IMG/VR virus record: IMGVR_UViG_3300046782_000288
Coordinates: 1-34,775 of that record
Length of the DNA: 34,775 nucleotides
Direction: 5' to 3' (one strand)
Source: a virus
Lineage: Duplodnaviria > Caudoviricetes
Under the pieces are notes generated by a model that saw only the letters and a list, made by a program, of their open reading frames with translations, did no database searches and had not been told where the DNA came from. How positions within the stretch are numbered: the stretch's first letter is position 1; every line of letters begins with the position of its first letter. The position numbers and the translations under genes are program-made. This document shows, piece by piece, positions 15,807 to 26,686 of this stretch.

Positions 15807-16331
15807 ATGCCCACAGCGATTAATATCACAGGCCAGCGTTTCAGTCATCTGGTTGCAATCCGGCCAACGGCCGAACGATCTGACGGGAACATATTGTGGC
15901 TTTGCCAATGCGATTGCGGCAACGTAAAGCTCGTCACTCCCCATGATCTTCTGCGCGATCACGTCCGCTCTTGCGGTTGCAGATCAAGATTTTATCGCCA
16001 CGGCTACGCTAGAGACGGAAAGTGGCACCCGCTCTATGGCATCTGGAAAACTATGATTCAACGATGCTACAACCCGAGCAATAAAAGATATAAAAACTAT
16101 GGCGGCCGTGGAATCAAAGCCCCACAATGGCTCGATGCCGTTAAATTCATTGCCGATGTCGTTGCTGAAATCGGAGATCGTCCGCCTGGACACTCTCTTG
16201 ACCGCGTCGATAATGACGGCAACTATGAACCGGGGAACATCAAGTGGTCCACCCCTAAGGAGCAAGCTGCGAATAGGCGTCCTAGATCAACCCGAGTTCC
16301 TTTGCGGAAGTCGCGAACTGTATGTTGCTGA
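15807..16331 (+). CDS. Free-standing HNH-family endonuclease (DR-type motif)
   Basis: WLCQCDCGN...SCGC, MIQRCYNP...YGGRGI, SLDRVDNDGNYEPGNIKWST..EQAANRR. Antisense, lower GC, overlaps the nozzle 3' end by 50 nt. Confidence 0.85.
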   Translation: MPTAINITGQRFSHLVAIRPTAERSDGNILWLCQCDCGNVKLVTPHDLLRDHVRSCGCRSRFYRHGYARDGKWHPLYGIWKTMIQRCYNPSNKRYKNYGGRGIKAPQWLDAVKFIADVVAEIGDRPPGHSLDRVDNDGNYEPGNIKWSTPKEQAANRRPRSTRVPLRKSRTVCC

Positions 16332-18546
16332 TAGCGACCCGTGCCTCCACTTCGATGACCCACGCTTCAGCTTTTTTGCCAGAGTAGATACGAAGAAGTT
16401 CTCCACTTCTCCGCAACTCACGCGTTGTATAGAGCTGATCGTCAGCAAAAATTCTAATAACCCCATACTGCTGCGGGCCTAACATCGGTTGCGGTTCGTC
16501 TATGTTACGATCAACTTGCGGCGCAGTACCAGGCGGCACGGTAAACCAAGCCTTCATCGCGGAAAAACTCTTCGCGCTTAGCTGTTGGTACGTTTTCGAA
16601 CGCCACTTATAAGGCACGATCGTAGGCGCGGTATCAGTAAAATCCCAGTAGTATACCCCGCCATTTTGTACCAACAGCGCTACACCAGTCCACGGATCGA
16701 GCAATAAATTATCGACATCAAAACCGTTCGGACTGCTGAGTGTACCAAACCCTATCCTGTGACCACCTGGGACCGGCCACACTGTGAAACCTGTCTGGTC
16801 CTGGGTCGACAGCTCGACCGTGAATCCCTGCCGCGCAACCGAGTTGTCGCTGCCCGACACCGATCCAAACGCAAAATAGCTCGTCGCATGCTTGACAGCC
16901 CGGACATATTTCGACGGGATCAACGCCTGCCAGCGCTCACGGGTTACCCACCCTTCGGTGACGTTGTTGGCCGCTCCCGACTGGTCGACCTGGATCAGAC
17001 CATTCTGAGACACGTACAGAACGGTAGTGGCCGTGCTGACAATCGATGCCCGGTGCAAGCAAGGTTCCGGCAGGTTGATCTTGATCATCGACATTGCCGC
17101 TGGATTGACACCGGATATCACGTACGGTGCATCCTGCGTGCAGACGACGATTGCTTGTCCGCACACCCCGATGCCGACGATCGGGAATTCCGTGGTCAAC
17201 ACGTAATTCGGTGGCCAGGCGTGCGGGCGGTACGGCTCGCTGAACCAGACCTCGTTCGAGTTCCACCCGACCGAAACCCCGTTTGGAAACGGCACGATCC
17301 CCTGCAGGTCTGTTGGCGGCGGGAACCAGTACAACGACTGCAGCTGCGTGTTGAGGGCCACCGTAGCGTCGTCGATCGTATCCTCGAAGGTCATCTGGGT
17401 GACCGGAAGCTCGGCAACCAAAAAATACGTGCCCTGGCCGGACACATTGCTGATCGAGCGATATATCCTGGTGGTCGTGATGTTGCGGTCCACGCCCATG
17501 TCGCTGGGCACGGGCGTAAACAAACTCACGGTCCAGGTCGCATTCGACCAGCCGTTCACCACCGACGGCAGCGACGGCGGGCCTTCCTCTCCATATGCGG
17601 TAACCCATGTGTAGACGTAGGCCCGTGCCGTGAATACCGAAGCACCGAGCAGATCGCCCCACATCTGCCAGACCGGATACCCGCCGGTAGCAGTCACGGG
17701 ATCTGGCGGCCCGTTCGAATAGGTGTGGCTCGCCGCCGCGCCGTTGGTGACGCGATCGTCGGCAATGTTCAGGTAAAACGGATTATCGTGCGCTATACCG
17801 ACCCAATAGACCGTATTGCTGATAACAGAGACGCCGTTGGTAAAAGACCCTGTCGCCGCAACACCGGCTGAAATACCGGTGATCTGATCGCCAGCACCCA
17901 ATAGCTGATTAGGCACGCCATTGAGATCGGAATAGACCACGGCTTGGAAATTCAATGCGCCGTCGGTCGACGCAGGCATGAAGCTGACGGACTGAACCAG
18001 CATAGTTCCGCTGGGGACGATCGGGGTCAGGAAAATATCGTTGCCCGGACGATAGTCGGTGCTCCCTGCAGCAGTAGGTAACACAGTCACGTTGCCGACC
18101 TGGCTGGTGTCGCCGCCGCCGGAAACAGTCACGCCCGGCGCGCAGCTCGATGCCGGCACGCCCAGCAGCCAGGGAGGATCCCCATTCAGGATACGATCAT
18201 GGGTGTTGTACTTTGGTTGCTCCGAAGGGCTCGCCCAGTAGTACCGATGAAAGCTGTCGTCCACCACTGGACTTCGAATGACGTCGGTGTCCCGGTCCAA
18301 GAACTCCATCCAGAATGAGTCAGGAGCCGTGATCGAGACGTTGTTGGAAGTCGTGCTCGGAATTCGATAGGCGTATTTTGCAGCACTGTTCTTTAGCGTA
18401 TGAAGCAGCTTGGGCTGCCTCCAGCCAACCAAAGCGCCGGAAAATAAATAGCAGTTAAGAGAGTAGTCCGACTGACCATCCGGAAGTAATCTTGAATCCC
18501 ACGAGGGAAGCATCCCGCCAAAACGGTCTAACTTCAGGGCTGTCAT
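16282..18546 (-). CDS. Tail nozzle / head stabilisation protein (754 aa)
   Basis: Beta-propeller-like content: FGGM.P N-terminus, RAYVYTWVTAYGEEGPPS, WFSEPYRPHAWP, YKWRSK. Positioned before the ejection genes. Confidence 0.7.
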   Translation of the reverse strand: MTALKLDRFGGMLPSWDSRLLPDGQSDYSLNCYLFSGALVGWRQPKLLHTLKNSAAKYAYRIPSTTSNNVSITAPDSFWMEFLDRDTDVIRSPVVDDSFHRYYWASPSEQPKYNTHDRILNGDPPWLLGVPASSCAPGVTVSGGGDTSQVGNVTVLPTAAGSTDYRPGNDIFLTPIVPSGTMLVQSVSFMPASTDGALNFQAVVYSDLNGVPNQLLGAGDQITGISAGVAATGSFTNGVSVISNTVYWVGIAHDNPFYLNIADDRVTNGAAASHTYSNGPPDPVTATGGYPVWQMWGDLLGASVFTARAYVYTWVTAYGEEGPPSLPSVVNGWSNATWTVSLFTPVPSDMGVDRNITTTRIYRSISNVSGQGTYFLVAELPVTQMTFEDTIDDATVALNTQLQSLYWFPPPTDLQGIVPFPNGVSVGWNSNEVWFSEPYRPHAWPPNYVLTTEFPIVGIGVCGQAIVVCTQDAPYVISGVNPAAMSMIKINLPEPCLHRASIVSTATTVLYVSQNGLIQVDQSGAANNVTEGWVTRERWQALIPSKYVRAVKHATSYFAFGSVSGSDNSVARQGFTVELSTQDQTGFTVWPVPGGHRIGFGTLSSPNGFDVDNLLLDPWTGVALLVQNGGVYYWDFTDTAPTIVPYKWRSKTYQQLSAKSFSAMKAWFTVPPGTAPQVDRNIDEPQPMLGPQQYGVIRIFADDQLYTTRELRRSGELLRIYSGKKAEAWVIEVEARVAISNIQFATSAKELGLI

Positions 18547-19046
18547 GTTCGTGGCTTGCCAAATGTTGCGCCACTGACTGGGAACGCTTCTTCCTGCGTC
18601 GGATTTGGGTGGTAGACCGGTGTCATCGTTCCTTCCCGCGCCTCTTGCTCTAGCTTGATTTTCCGCTGGACTTCGCGGTTGCGCTCGATTTCAGCCTCGG
18701 CCTTTGCCACCATGGCTCGCCCCATCGCGACCTCGGCCTCGTATTCAGCCTGCTGCCGCGGCGTGCGATGCGGTACCGGCGTGATCTCGACCGGCTTCTC
18801 CTCGCGCATTTGCCGGATACGCTCGAGCAACTGCTCGCGCGTTGCAGGCTCGAGGTTCACGTTCGAGCTCGCCTGCTTGAGATCGTCCTCCTCGATCCGG
18901 CGAGCCTCCACCTCCTGCGAGGCGCGATGGGCCTTTTGCCTTGCTTCGGCTTCGGCGCGCTCAAGCGCGATGCGCGCGGATTCGTCGCGAATTTTGGCGA
19001 CCCGTTCTTCCGCCTTGATGATCGAGTCGGTTTTTTGCTGGGCCAT
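18543..19046 (-). CDS. Charged coiled-coil protein (167 aa)
   Basis: E/R/A-rich helical sequence, coupled to both neighbours. Confidence 0.75.
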   Translation of the reverse strand: MAQQKTDSIIKAEERVAKIRDESARIALERAEAEARQKAHRASQEVEARRIEEDDLKQASSNVNLEPATREQLLERIRQMREEKPVEITPVPHRTPRQQAEYEAEVAMGRAMVAKAEAEIERNREVQRKIKLEQEAREGTMTPVYHPNPTQEEAFPVSGATFGKPRT

Positions 19047-19253
19047 TTATGCAGCTCCAGTAGCGAGTGCGGCGTGAACCCCGCCAGCCGCACGTTGATC
19101 GAGTGTCGGAGAGCCGCAGACGACGCGCAGCTGCTCCCACGCACCGCCATTGGCATACTGATTGTACGTAGTACCCGGACCCTGAGCATCAGCATCCGAT
19201 ATTTGCTTGAAAACACCGCCTGCATTGTACTGGTTGAACACGATAACAGCCAT
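19047..19253 (-). CDS. Hypothetical protein (68 aa) with an internal NQYxxGGxxxQ repeat
   Basis: SD AGGAGG; FNQYNAGGVFKQI / YNQYANGGAWEQL. Confidence 0.7.
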   Translation of the reverse strand: MAVIVFNQYNAGGVFKQISDADAQGPGTTYNQYANGGAWEQLRVVCGSPTLDQRAAGGVHAALATGAA

Positions 19254-19262
19254 GTTGTCCTC

Positions 19263-19541
19263 CTATGGTGCCACCACAACGAAAGAAAGCGTGTCGTTTT
19301 TGATATTGCCGAGATTGTCCGTCATCACCAACGACAACATCACCTGCTCGTTGACGATGCCGCCGGACAGGAAGAACACGATCTCACGCCCCAAAATCGA
19401 TATGTTGCCGACCGTGCAGGTAACCGAATTCGATGTTATGTCGATCTGTTCGATCGTAGCGGAATTAGCCAACCAATAGTCATAATTGACTACCCAACGA
19501 ATGACGTCGCCTGCTGTATGTGTCCTACTTCCCAAAATCAT
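19263..19541 (-). CDS. Small beta-sandwich virion protein, possible fibre adaptor (92 aa)
   Basis: SD GGAGG before ATG 19541; VVNYDYWL...FFLSGG pattern. Confidence 0.6.
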   Translation of the reverse strand: MILGSRTHTAGDVIRWVVNYDYWLANSATIEQIDITSNSVTCTVGNISILGREIVFFLSGGIVNEQVMLSLVMTDNLGNIKNDTLSFVVVAP

Positions 19542-19653
19542 CGCCGTATGCCTCCATGATCCTGCGCTCTCCTGGAACATCGATCACACGTTCTTCGTCG
19601 TACACCAGCACTATCCTGTCCTGCTTCGGCACGACGATCGTATCCTCGCTCAC
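19525..19653 (-). CDS. Hypothetical protein (42 aa)
   Basis: Translated by hand: [46 protein letters not shown] overlap with the upstream stop, SD GGAG, 9-residue VxxxxR periodicity. Confidence 0.55.
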   Translation of the reverse strand: MSEDTIVVPKQDRIVLVYDEERVIDVPGERRIMEAYGDDFGK

Positions 19654-20951
19654 AGCAACGCTCCATAGAACGTCGTGACGAAATTAACCGCAGCCACCGT
19701 CGTCGTGGTGGCGGAAGGTGAGAAGCAGTAGCACTCGTAGTAGTCGGTACCGTTGGCTTGATCGATCGTATCCACCTGAGTATACGCCGAATTCGACGTT
19801 GACTGCGCGCCATTTTGCACGATGCAGGCGCCGTTCTTGAATATCATGACCTGCGGAAATACGTTGTTCCGCACTCCCGCTGAAAAATACAGCCCGGCCC
19901 CGAGATGCACGATACCGGCAGCCGGCGTCCAACGGAAATTGGTGGCGTCATACTTGTTATTGACGTCGAACACCTTGCTGGTGAACTTCATCTTGGTGTT
20001 GGTGCTGTCCGCGATACCGGTCTGGTTCGTCGCCATCTTGGCTCGAAACGCATCTTTCACGGCAGGCTGCGAGCCCGTGGGGCCCGTGATGCCAGTCGAT
20101 CCCGTCATACCGGGAGGACCGGTCATTCCGGTCGGGCCAGGCTGACCGAGTGAGCCAGTAGGGCCGGTGTTGCCGATCGGGCCCGTGACGCCGATGCCCG
20201 TAGGACCGACACCGAATGGACCGGTGTTGCCGGTCGGACCCGTCAAACCGAGAGAACCCGTCGGGCCTGTCCTGCCGATTGGTCCGGTGTAGCCGGTCGG
20301 CCCATCGACGCCGTTGTAGCCATCGACCCCGCGGGGACCGGTGGCTCCGACGCCAGGACCCGTGGGCCCCGTGGCGCCGGTTGTCGACGCAAATCCCGCC
20401 GGTCCTGTCGCTCCGAGGCCCGTCGGCCCGGTGGCCCCTGTCGATCCCAACGCACCCGTCAGTCCGGTCGGTCCCGTCGAGCCCACGATGCCCTGCGGTC
20501 CCGCTATTCCCGCAATGCCTTGCGGTCCTGCCGGCCCCACCACACCCTGCGCCCCGGCCAGTCCCGACGCACCAGTGGGGCCAGTAAAGCTCGCCCCGGT
20601 GGGACCAGGTGGCCCATTGGCTCCCACGAATCCTACTGGACCCTGCGCTCCCGCCGGTCCGGTTGCACCCTGAAGAGCCGCCTGACCGGGAGCGCCCGTC
20701 GGACCGGTCTGTCCGATACCAGCCGGGCCCGTAGCCCCGGTCGCTGATGCCGTACCGGGAGCGCCCGTCGGACCGATCGGGCCTACGTCGCCGAGAGCGC
20801 CTTGTGCCCCCGTAGCTCCTGCGGAGCCCGTAGGGCCGCCAGCAGGGCCGGTCGGGCCAGGACCACCCGCAGGACCGGACGGGCCAGCAGGCCCCGACAC
20901 CACCACAACCGGGCGAGTCGCGATCGGAGCTGCGGGGGCGGGGTTGTTCAT
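19650..20951 (-). CDS. Collagen-like fibre with a C1q/TNF-like head domain
   Basis: About 270 aa of G-X-Y (mostly GPT/GAT), then AFRAKM...[23 protein letters not shown], a C1q-like pattern. Confidence 0.8.
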   Translation of the reverse strand: MNNPAPAAPIATRPVVVVSGPAGPSGPAGGPGPTGPAGGPTGSAGATGAQGALGDVGPIGPTGAPGTASATGATGPAGIGQTGPTGAPGQAALQGATGPAGAQGPVGFVGANGPPGPTGASFTGPTGASGLAGAQGVVGPAGPQGIAGIAGPQGIVGSTGPTGLTGALGSTGATGPTGLGATGPAGFASTTGATGPTGPGVGATGPRGVDGYNGVDGPTGYTGPIGRTGPTGSLGLTGPTGNTGPFGVGPTGIGVTGPIGNTGPTGSLGQPGPTGMTGPPGMTGSTGITGPTGSQPAVKDAFRAKMATNQTGIADSTNTKMKFTSKVFDVNNKYDATNFRWTPAAGIVHLGAGLYFSAGVRNNVFPQVMIFKNGACIVQNGAQSTSNSAYTQVDTIDQANGTDYYECYCFSPSATTTTVAAVNFVTTFYGALL

Positions 20952-20952
20952 C

Positions 20953-21684
20953 TCAAAGCTCAAATATCGAGCAGTTCACATCATAGATGGTCGCGCCACC
21001 AGCAATCACAGCAACAATCGAAAGATCAAACCACCACGCCGTTCCGAGCGTAAGACCGCCCAGAATGGCATGCGCACTAAATCCTTGCCGACCTGCCGTC
21101 GTCGAAGCGACAAAATTCTGCGGCGCTCCCATTTGCGTGCCCAGCCCCGAAGTCGCGCCATTTACAGGAGCCGTTCCGGTTCCATAGCGACCCGTGATCG
21201 TGACACCATCCCCAGCCGCAGTCGCGTTCGCTACCATGCCGGTAAACAAAACAAATATCGCTCCCGACGAATTCGGAACGATATTGCAAGAGGAACCGAA
21301 CCCCATCGCCTTTTCGGTCGTCGATACATTTCCGACCGGAGAATTGAAGAAGGTCGAAAGCTTGTTGGGCGATCCACCAGCACCGGAACCAGTCGCTCCA
21401 ACCGGGCCTTGTGGACCCGTCGGTCCAACCACAGTCGACGGCGATCCGACCCCTGGCGGCCCAGTCATGCCCGTCGGGCCAGTGAACGCGCCGGCACCAG
21501 GAGAACCCGTGCTCCCGGTCGGTCCGGTATGACCCGTGAGCCCCTGCGGACCCGTCGAGCCCGTCACTCCAGGACCAGCAACACCAGTAGGACCAGTCGG
21601 CCCACCGGATGGACCGGTATGACCCCCGATTACAACAACCGGCTTGGCCATTATGGGAGCGGGAACGCTGACGGTATTGCTCAT
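20953..21684 (-). CDS. Collagen-like fibre with a beta-rich C-terminal domain
   Basis: Short GPT tract plus a ~135-aa beta domain. Confidence 0.8.
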   Translation of the reverse strand: MSNTVSVPAPIMAKPVVVIGGHTGPSGGPTGPTGVAGPGVTGSTGPQGLTGHTGPTGSTGSPGAGAFTGPTGMTGPPGVGSPSTVVGPTGPQGPVGATGSGAGGSPNKLSTFFNSPVGNVSTTEKAMGFGSSCNIVPNSSGAIFVLFTGMVANATAAGDGVTITGRYGTGTAPVNGATSGLGTQMGAPQNFVASTTAGRQGFSAHAILGGLTLGTAWWFDLSIVAVIAGGATIYDVNCSIFEL

Positions 21685-21688
21685 GATG

Positions 21689-24600
21689 CTAACTCAGTGT
21701 GATCTGTGGATCGATGTAGTAGGTACTGGAAGGCTTCGCGGCCCGCACCCGCGCGTGCAGGTAGCCGGCCATGCCGGGCTGCGGCGCGGACAGCGTGGCG
21801 GTCAGCTTGAAGGGAGTCCAAGCGATCCAATTACCAAAGCCGGACGGCGCTGCGTTGGCGTAAGAGGTGGCACCGAGGTTAATGGTATCAGAGTCTCCAA
21901 TAGCCGAGCCGGAACCTGAAAATGCCACACCTGGAGTAAGGGTCCACCCGGAAGGGAAACTTAAACCACCAACAGCGGTCGCCGGATTTGCCGTCCCACT
22001 GCCGTTCCAATTGCCATTATTTCTACGCACCCAACACAGCAATGCTCCAAAGTCGAGGGCAAAACCAATTACATCCCCGGCTAAAACCGCACCTAAAGTA
22101 TTGGACGGGAGCACAACAATGTTGTTTATATTGCATTGCCCAGCCTTGGTAACTGTAATTCCGTTTACCCCTGTGGAAAGATCAGTGAAAACGCCGGTCG
22201 GAGACATCAATCCCCAGCCGTCAAGGTTACCATGTCCAAGCGTAGTCTGCGTGATCTCGAAATAATACTTGCCGCTTGCAGTCCCACCTGAAACCCGCGC
22301 CCCAGAAGCACCCGTAGCGGTATTGTGCGTCGCCGTCAGATTTCCGTTCGACAACGTCGTGTTGACGGCCGTTACAGGATCGAACGTGTTAGGTGTATTG
22401 TTCCACGTCGAGCTATCCAACGCTACCGCCGCATTCGCCGCCAACACATTGGCCTTGGTCGTCGTGACCAGCGTTCCCAATGGGCTCGAACTCGATCCGA
22501 GATACTCCACCTCCAACCAGATGTCGTCGTTGTTCGGCAGCGCGCCGGCGTTGATGGTGCCGTATACCGTCACCGTGACGTTGGCACCGGTCGTCGGGTT
22601 CCAAATGGCATAAGGTTCGGCCTTGAATGGGCGCAGCCATTGCGAGTTCGCCGTAGTCACGATCTTGCGCGACTGCGCCTGTCCCGTAGGATCACTCGCC
22701 CCGCCGACGCGCGTGATGCTCGTCTCGGTCGTCTCGGTGCCTTCATAGGCATACCGGGAAGATGTGTAAGCAGTACCGACATTGGTCGATCCACCGCCCG
22801 CAGGCGTCAAGGTGATCTGCGGGTCGATGTAGAATGTGCTCGACGGCTTGGCCGCGCGCACGCGCGCGTGCAGGTAGCCCGCCATGCCGGGCTGCGGCGC
22901 GGACAGCGTGACGGTCAGCTTGAAGGGCGACCAGCCGTTCCAGTTGGCAAACCCCGAAGGTGGCGTTCCCGAGTAGGCAGACTGACCAAAATTAGCCGTC
23001 ATGGCGTCGGTGGTAGCGCCTGAAATAAATGCCACGACAGGCGCAAAAGCTCCACCGGCTATCGTTGCACCACCAGTTCCGGTGGCTGGATTGGCAGTTC
23101 CGCTGGCATTCCAGTTGCCATTATTCCTGCGGAACCAGGCCAGCTTGGCATTAAGGTCGATTGCTACCCCGAAAACATCACCGACACTCGGTGATCCAAG
23201 ATTCATACTTGTATTGGCATTGTTACTCCAGACATTCGAAGTTCCGCCAAGAAGAACGACAGTGCTGTTGGTCCCGCTAACTACGTTGTTAAATGTACCT
23301 GTAGACAGCATAATCCCCAACGCATCTCCACCGTTGACGACGCCCTGCAATGTCACCTCGAAATACCATTTTCCAGCAACAAGAAACGCCGTGCTGTTAA
23401 CTCCAACGCCAGTGTTGTTCGTGCCGTGTGTAACCGTCAAATTGCCGTTTGACACGACAACCCCGGCAGAAGGAACGCCGTCGAACGTATTGTATAAAGT
23501 ATTGTTCCACGTCGAACCATCCGACGCCACCGCCGCATTCGCCGCCAGAAGATTAGCCTTGGTCGTGGTGATCATGGTGCCCAACGGACTTGCCGACGAT
23601 CCGAGATACTCGACCTCCAGCCAGATGTCGTCGTTGTTTGGCAGTGCGCCTGCGTTCACCGTGCCGCACACCGTCACCGTGACGTTCGCTCCCGTGGTCG
23701 AGTTCCAGATCGCATAGGGCTCGGCCCGGAATGGCCGCAGCCATTGCGAGTTGGCAGTGGTGACGATCTTGCGGGACTGCGCCTGACCGGTCGGGTCAAC
23801 TGATCCACCGACCCGGACGATCGAGGTCTCGGTCGTCTCGGTGCCGTCAACAGTGAAGCGATTGGATTGGTACGCAGTAGCCAGATCATCAGAACGTACA
23901 TACTGGACAGCCGCGCCAGCAAGACTTGGCGTTGCTGAAGTCATAGACACGTTAAACACACAATCCTTGACTAATAAGCTCGTTAACGCGGTAGTTGTTG
24001 AATACAAACCACCTGTTAATTGACTTAGATCAAGAGCTTCCAGGATAACCTGACAAGCCGTGCCTGCCGATGCGCCAGCAAAACTGAACAAGTTGTTGGG
24101 CACTGACGAACCGGAAGCAAGTATGGCCCCGGTATTCTGCCAAACGAATACGCCGTTCCCGGTCGAAATGAATTGTGTGACAACCGCAAAACGCACCGTG
24201 CAATTATTGAAAATCATCGTAGTGGCAGCGGCCCCGGAAGCGCCGATCTGCATCTGCGAGACATTGTTGGCCGTTGAATTGGAAAGCCAAAACGAACAAT
24301 TATCAAAAATAACGAAACTACCACTGCTCGGTGTCAGAAGCATGCTGTTCACAGCCGTGCTTACACCAACCCCTGCTCTCAGAGACAATCCGTAAAAATA
24401 AAATCCCCCTATCCCGCTATAAGTTAAGTTCACAGACGCAGCGGTCGTCGAGATCGTCGCTCCGGTGGTCAGATCGGTGGATGCTGGTGGATAACTGCCG
24501 GAATGGTTATGGCAAAGTACCCTGCTGATAGTAGCAGCTGATCCCGTAGGATTTATCGTAATCGCCGTTGTCTGCGACTCCGCATGATTGTCGCCGACAT

Positions 24601-25174
24601 AGATCGTGTTGCCCAACGCGAACCAGGTCGTCGCGCCAGCATTGCCCAGCCGCGCGTGCGGGGCCTGACCGCCGGTGAAATTGCCGATCACGCCCAGACA
24701 GGTCCACGTCGTCGTTCCGTCAGCCTGGGTCGTCCCCGCAGTATCGTTCGGCCACGAGGGCTCGCTTGCCCCCAACGTGCCTGCAGTGCTGGCAATCCAA
24801 TAACTCGCACCATTGTTACGCTTGATGATCGCGCCTAGCGTCGGCGTGCCGATCGCCTTGGCCTGCGCCCACGTCGGCGTATTAGTCACATCACCATTAA
24901 CTGCAGAAGCACCAGTACATTCCTGCCATGTCGCGGTGCCGTCAGTTGTCCGAGCGCCACGGGTTAATACCCAAGTAGCATCGGTCGTGTTCGCCGTCGT
25001 TCCAGCAACAATGCAAATGAAACAACGCTCTGAACCAACCGCCGGTGCGGTGAACTGCCGACGAATAACTCCTGCGGCCACAGCCGTATTTTGCGGACGC
25101 ACGGTCACGGCATAATAACCGGTCGTCGAGCCGTTACCAAAATTCGTGTACCAACTCGTGTCATAGAAGGCCAC
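21689..25174 (-). CDS. Tail fibre/spike, putative receptor-binding protein (1161 aa) with two SPRY/B30.2-like domains
   Basis: Two DGTxTW repeats and a beta-helix-like FxNCxF region. Then two copies of a module containing SNGNLT...GK(W/Y)YFE...GDV(F/I)G(V/F)A(I/L)D...W(F/V)RRNNGNW...NFG/NLG. Confidence 0.8.
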   Translation of the reverse strand: MAFYDTSWYTNFGNGSTTGYYAVTVRPQNTAVAAGVIRRQFTAPAVGSERCFICIVAGTTANTTDATWVLTRGARTTDGTATWQECTGASAVNGDVTNTPTWAQAKAIGTPTLGAIIKRNNGASYWIASTAGTLGASEPSWPNDTAGTTQADGTTTWTCLGVIGNFTGGQAPHARLGNAGATTWFALGNTIYVGDNHAESQTTAITINPTGSAATISRVLCHNHSGSYPPASTDLTTGATISTTAASVNLTYSGIGGFYFYGLSLRAGVGVSTAVNSMLLTPSSGSFVIFDNCSFWLSNSTANNVSQMQIGASGAAATTMIFNNCTVRFAVVTQFISTGNGVFVWQNTGAILASGSSVPNNLFSFAGASAGTACQVILEALDLSQLTGGLYSTTTALTSLLVKDCVFNVSMTSATPSLAGAAVQYVRSDDLATAYQSNRFTVDGTETTETSIVRVGGSVDPTGQAQSRKIVTTANSQWLRPFRAEPYAIWNSTTGANVTVTVCGTVNAGALPNNDDIWLEVEYLGSSASPLGTMITTTKANLLAANAAVASDGSTWNNTLYNTFDGVPSAGVVVSNGNLTVTHGTNNTGVGVNSTAFLVAGKWYFEVTLQGVVNGGDALGIMLSTGTFNNVVSGTNSTVVLLGGTSNVWSNNANTSMNLGSPSVGDVFGVAIDLNAKLAWFRRNNGNWNASGTANPATGTGGATIAGGAFAPVVAFISGATTDAMTANFGQSAYSGTPPSGFANWNGWSPFKLTVTLSAPQPGMAGYLHARVRAAKPSSTFYIDPQITLTPAGGGSTNVGTAYTSSRYAYEGTETTETSITRVGGASDPTGQAQSRKIVTTANSQWLRPFKAEPYAIWNPTTGANVTVTVYGTINAGALPNNDDIWLEVEYLGSSSSPLGTLVTTTKANVLAANAAVALDSSTWNNTPNTFDPVTAVNTTLSNGNLTATHNTATGASGARVSGGTASGKYYFEITQTTLGHGNLDGWGLMSPTGVFTDLSTGVNGITVTKAGQCNINNIVVLPSNTLGAVLAGDVIGFALDFGALLCWVRRNNGNWNGSGTANPATAVGGLSFPSGWTLTPGVAFSGSGSAIGDSDTINLGATSYANAAPSGFGNWIAWTPFKLTATLSAPQPGMAGYLHARVRAAKPSSTYYIDPQITLS
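21697..23845. repeat. Tandem ~1.1-kb duplication inside the tail fibre gene (units ~23845-22810 and ~22741-21697)
   Basis: Conserved blocks ~23501-23845 vs ~22397-22741 and ~22812-22930 vs ~21698-21815; the latter includes a ~65-nt stretch with 2 mismatches. The blocks flank divergent SPRY inserts. Confidence 0.9.
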
Positions 25175-26295
25175 TAGAAGAAACTCCCGGCATAGATAAC
25201 CGTCACCATCGGTCCCGTCGGTCCTGTCGGTCCAGTGCCGCCAGCACCAGCAGGACCGGTCGCTCCAGTGTTTGTCGCTGCTCCCGGCGAACCGGTCGAT
25301 CCAGTCGGACCCGTCGCTCCAGCTCCGGTTGGCCCCGTCGATCCAGCCACTCCAGCACCGCCGGCCGATCCAGCAGCACCAGTTGAGCCCGTCGGTCCCG
25401 TCGCACCCACCGATCCGGCACCACCGGCGCTTCCCACTGCGCCGGTCGAACCCGTAGGTCCGGTCGATCCTGTGGCTCCAGCGCCCGTCGGACCCGTCGA
25501 ACCCGCGCCACCCGTACCCGACCCGCCGCCCGTAGGTCCGATCGCACCCGTTGGCCCCGTAGTCCCAACACCAGTCGATCCCGTCGGCCCCGTCGATCCT
25601 ATTCCACCCGCCAACCCTGATGCACCAGTCGGCCCAGTCGACCCTATTCCGGTGGGTCCAGTCGGTCCCGTCGAGCCTGCACCGCCAGTGCCCGATCCAC
25701 CACCGCCAGCTCCCGTAGGGCCTGTAGGACCAACCGATCCAGCCGATCCCGCTATTCCCGCAATACCCTGCGGCCCCGCCGGGCCCACTGGCCCTTGCGC
25801 TCCCACCGAACCTGTCGGACCTGATGAACCAGCAGAGCCTGCCGTACCAGCCGCACCTGACGGCCCGGTCGCGCCCGTGTTGACTGCAGATCCCGGCGTC
25901 CCGGTCGGGCCGGTCTGACCCACACGCCCCGTGGGCCCCGTGTCACCCGACGCACCAGTCGCGGACGCCACGCCAGGGATGCCCGCAGGACCCGTGTAGC
26001 CCGTCGGCCCGAGCCCGCTGGCGCCCGTAGCGCCCGTAGGCCCAAGCGTCCCGATGCCCACCGGGCCCGTAACGCCGATCGATCCAGTTGGGCCCGTGAT
26101 TGCCAACCCGGTCGGCCCGAACGGACCCGTCGGTCCAGTGAACGCGCCAAGTCCGGTAGGCCCGGTAGCCGCCGCTCCGGTAGGACCCGTAGGACCGGTG
26201 CCGCCAGTCGGACCGCCGGCCGGACCCGTATGCCCACCCACGACCACAACGGGGCGTGTCGACACGATAGCCGGTTCATTTTTTATAACCGCCAC
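25174..26295 (-). CDS. Collagen-like protein without a head domain (373 aa)
   Basis: Almost wholly G-X-T repeats; ends [11 protein letters not shown]; its stop overlaps the tail-fibre GTG. Confidence 0.8.
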   Translation of the reverse strand: MAVIKNEPAIVSTRPVVVVGGHTGPAGGPTGGTGPTGPTGAAATGPTGLGAFTGPTGPFGPTGLAITGPTGSIGVTGPVGIGTLGPTGATGASGLGPTGYTGPAGIPGVASATGASGDTGPTGRVGQTGPTGTPGSAVNTGATGPSGAAGTAGSAGSSGPTGSVGAQGPVGPAGPQGIAGIAGSAGSVGPTGPTGAGGGGSGTGGAGSTGPTGPTGIGSTGPTGASGLAGGIGSTGPTGSTGVGTTGPTGAIGPTGGGSGTGGAGSTGPTGAGATGSTGPTGSTGAVGSAGGAGSVGATGPTGSTGAAGSAGGAGVAGSTGPTGAGATGPTGSTGSPGAATNTGATGPAGAGGTGPTGPTGPMVTVIYAGSFF

Positions 26296-26307
26296 CGTGT
26301 CACCTCG

Positions 26308-26682
26308 TCAGGGGTACGTAATTCCTTGTACGATTTTTACGGTTCCGTGCATGAACGGCCAACGGACCCCATAAGAATCAATCATCACGAGATCGTAGAC
26401 GTAATTTCCAGGATCGAGACTAGCCTGGATGTCGGCAGCGGTTACGTTGAAGTGAATGACCCGCTGCACGACGTCGTCGGTGATTATGCGCCCGTTGGCG
26501 GTCGTGAGCGACAGCAACGGCGTCTTGTCGTAAGCGTTCAGTTGAACGTCCATCTCAAAACTGCAGCCGTTCAACGTCCACGTCAGATCATCCGGATCGT
26601 CGAACTGATAGGCGTCGCTCCAACTGCCGTTGTTGTCCACGACCATGGGCTCATACGCCGAAGTAACGCTATGCTTGTTCAT
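26308..26682 (-). CDS. Small beta-sandwich virion protein, possible fibre anchor (124 aa)
   Basis: LLSLTTANGRI...PGNYVYDLVM...FMHGTVKIVQGIT, a pattern typical of fibre-attachment modules. Confidence 0.6.
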   Translation of the reverse strand: MNKHSVTSAYEPMVVDNNGSWSDAYQFDDPDDLTWTLNGCSFEMDVQLNAYDKTPLLSLTTANGRIITDDVVQRVIHFNVTAADIQASLDPGNYVYDLVMIDSYGVRWPFMHGTVKIVQGITYP

Positions 26683-26686
26683 GGCG

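Noticed and set aside
21697-23845. Repeat pair in a tail fibre as a diversity-generating retroelement TR/VR
   Set aside because: Both copies are coding, the differences are mostly synonymous and not adenine-specific, and no reverse transcriptase is in the window.
25160-25190. Programmed -1 frameshift fusing the headless collagen to the tail fibre
   Set aside because: AGT TTC TTC TAG is not a canonical slippery heptamer, and the overlapping GTG has its own GGGAG SD.
19650-26295. Dense short repeats (GGNCCNACN-type) that could suggest a CRISPR array or VNTR
   Set aside because: They are degenerate 9-nt codon repeats of collagen G-P-T triplets inside ORFs. There is no constant repeat with unique spacers and no cas gene.
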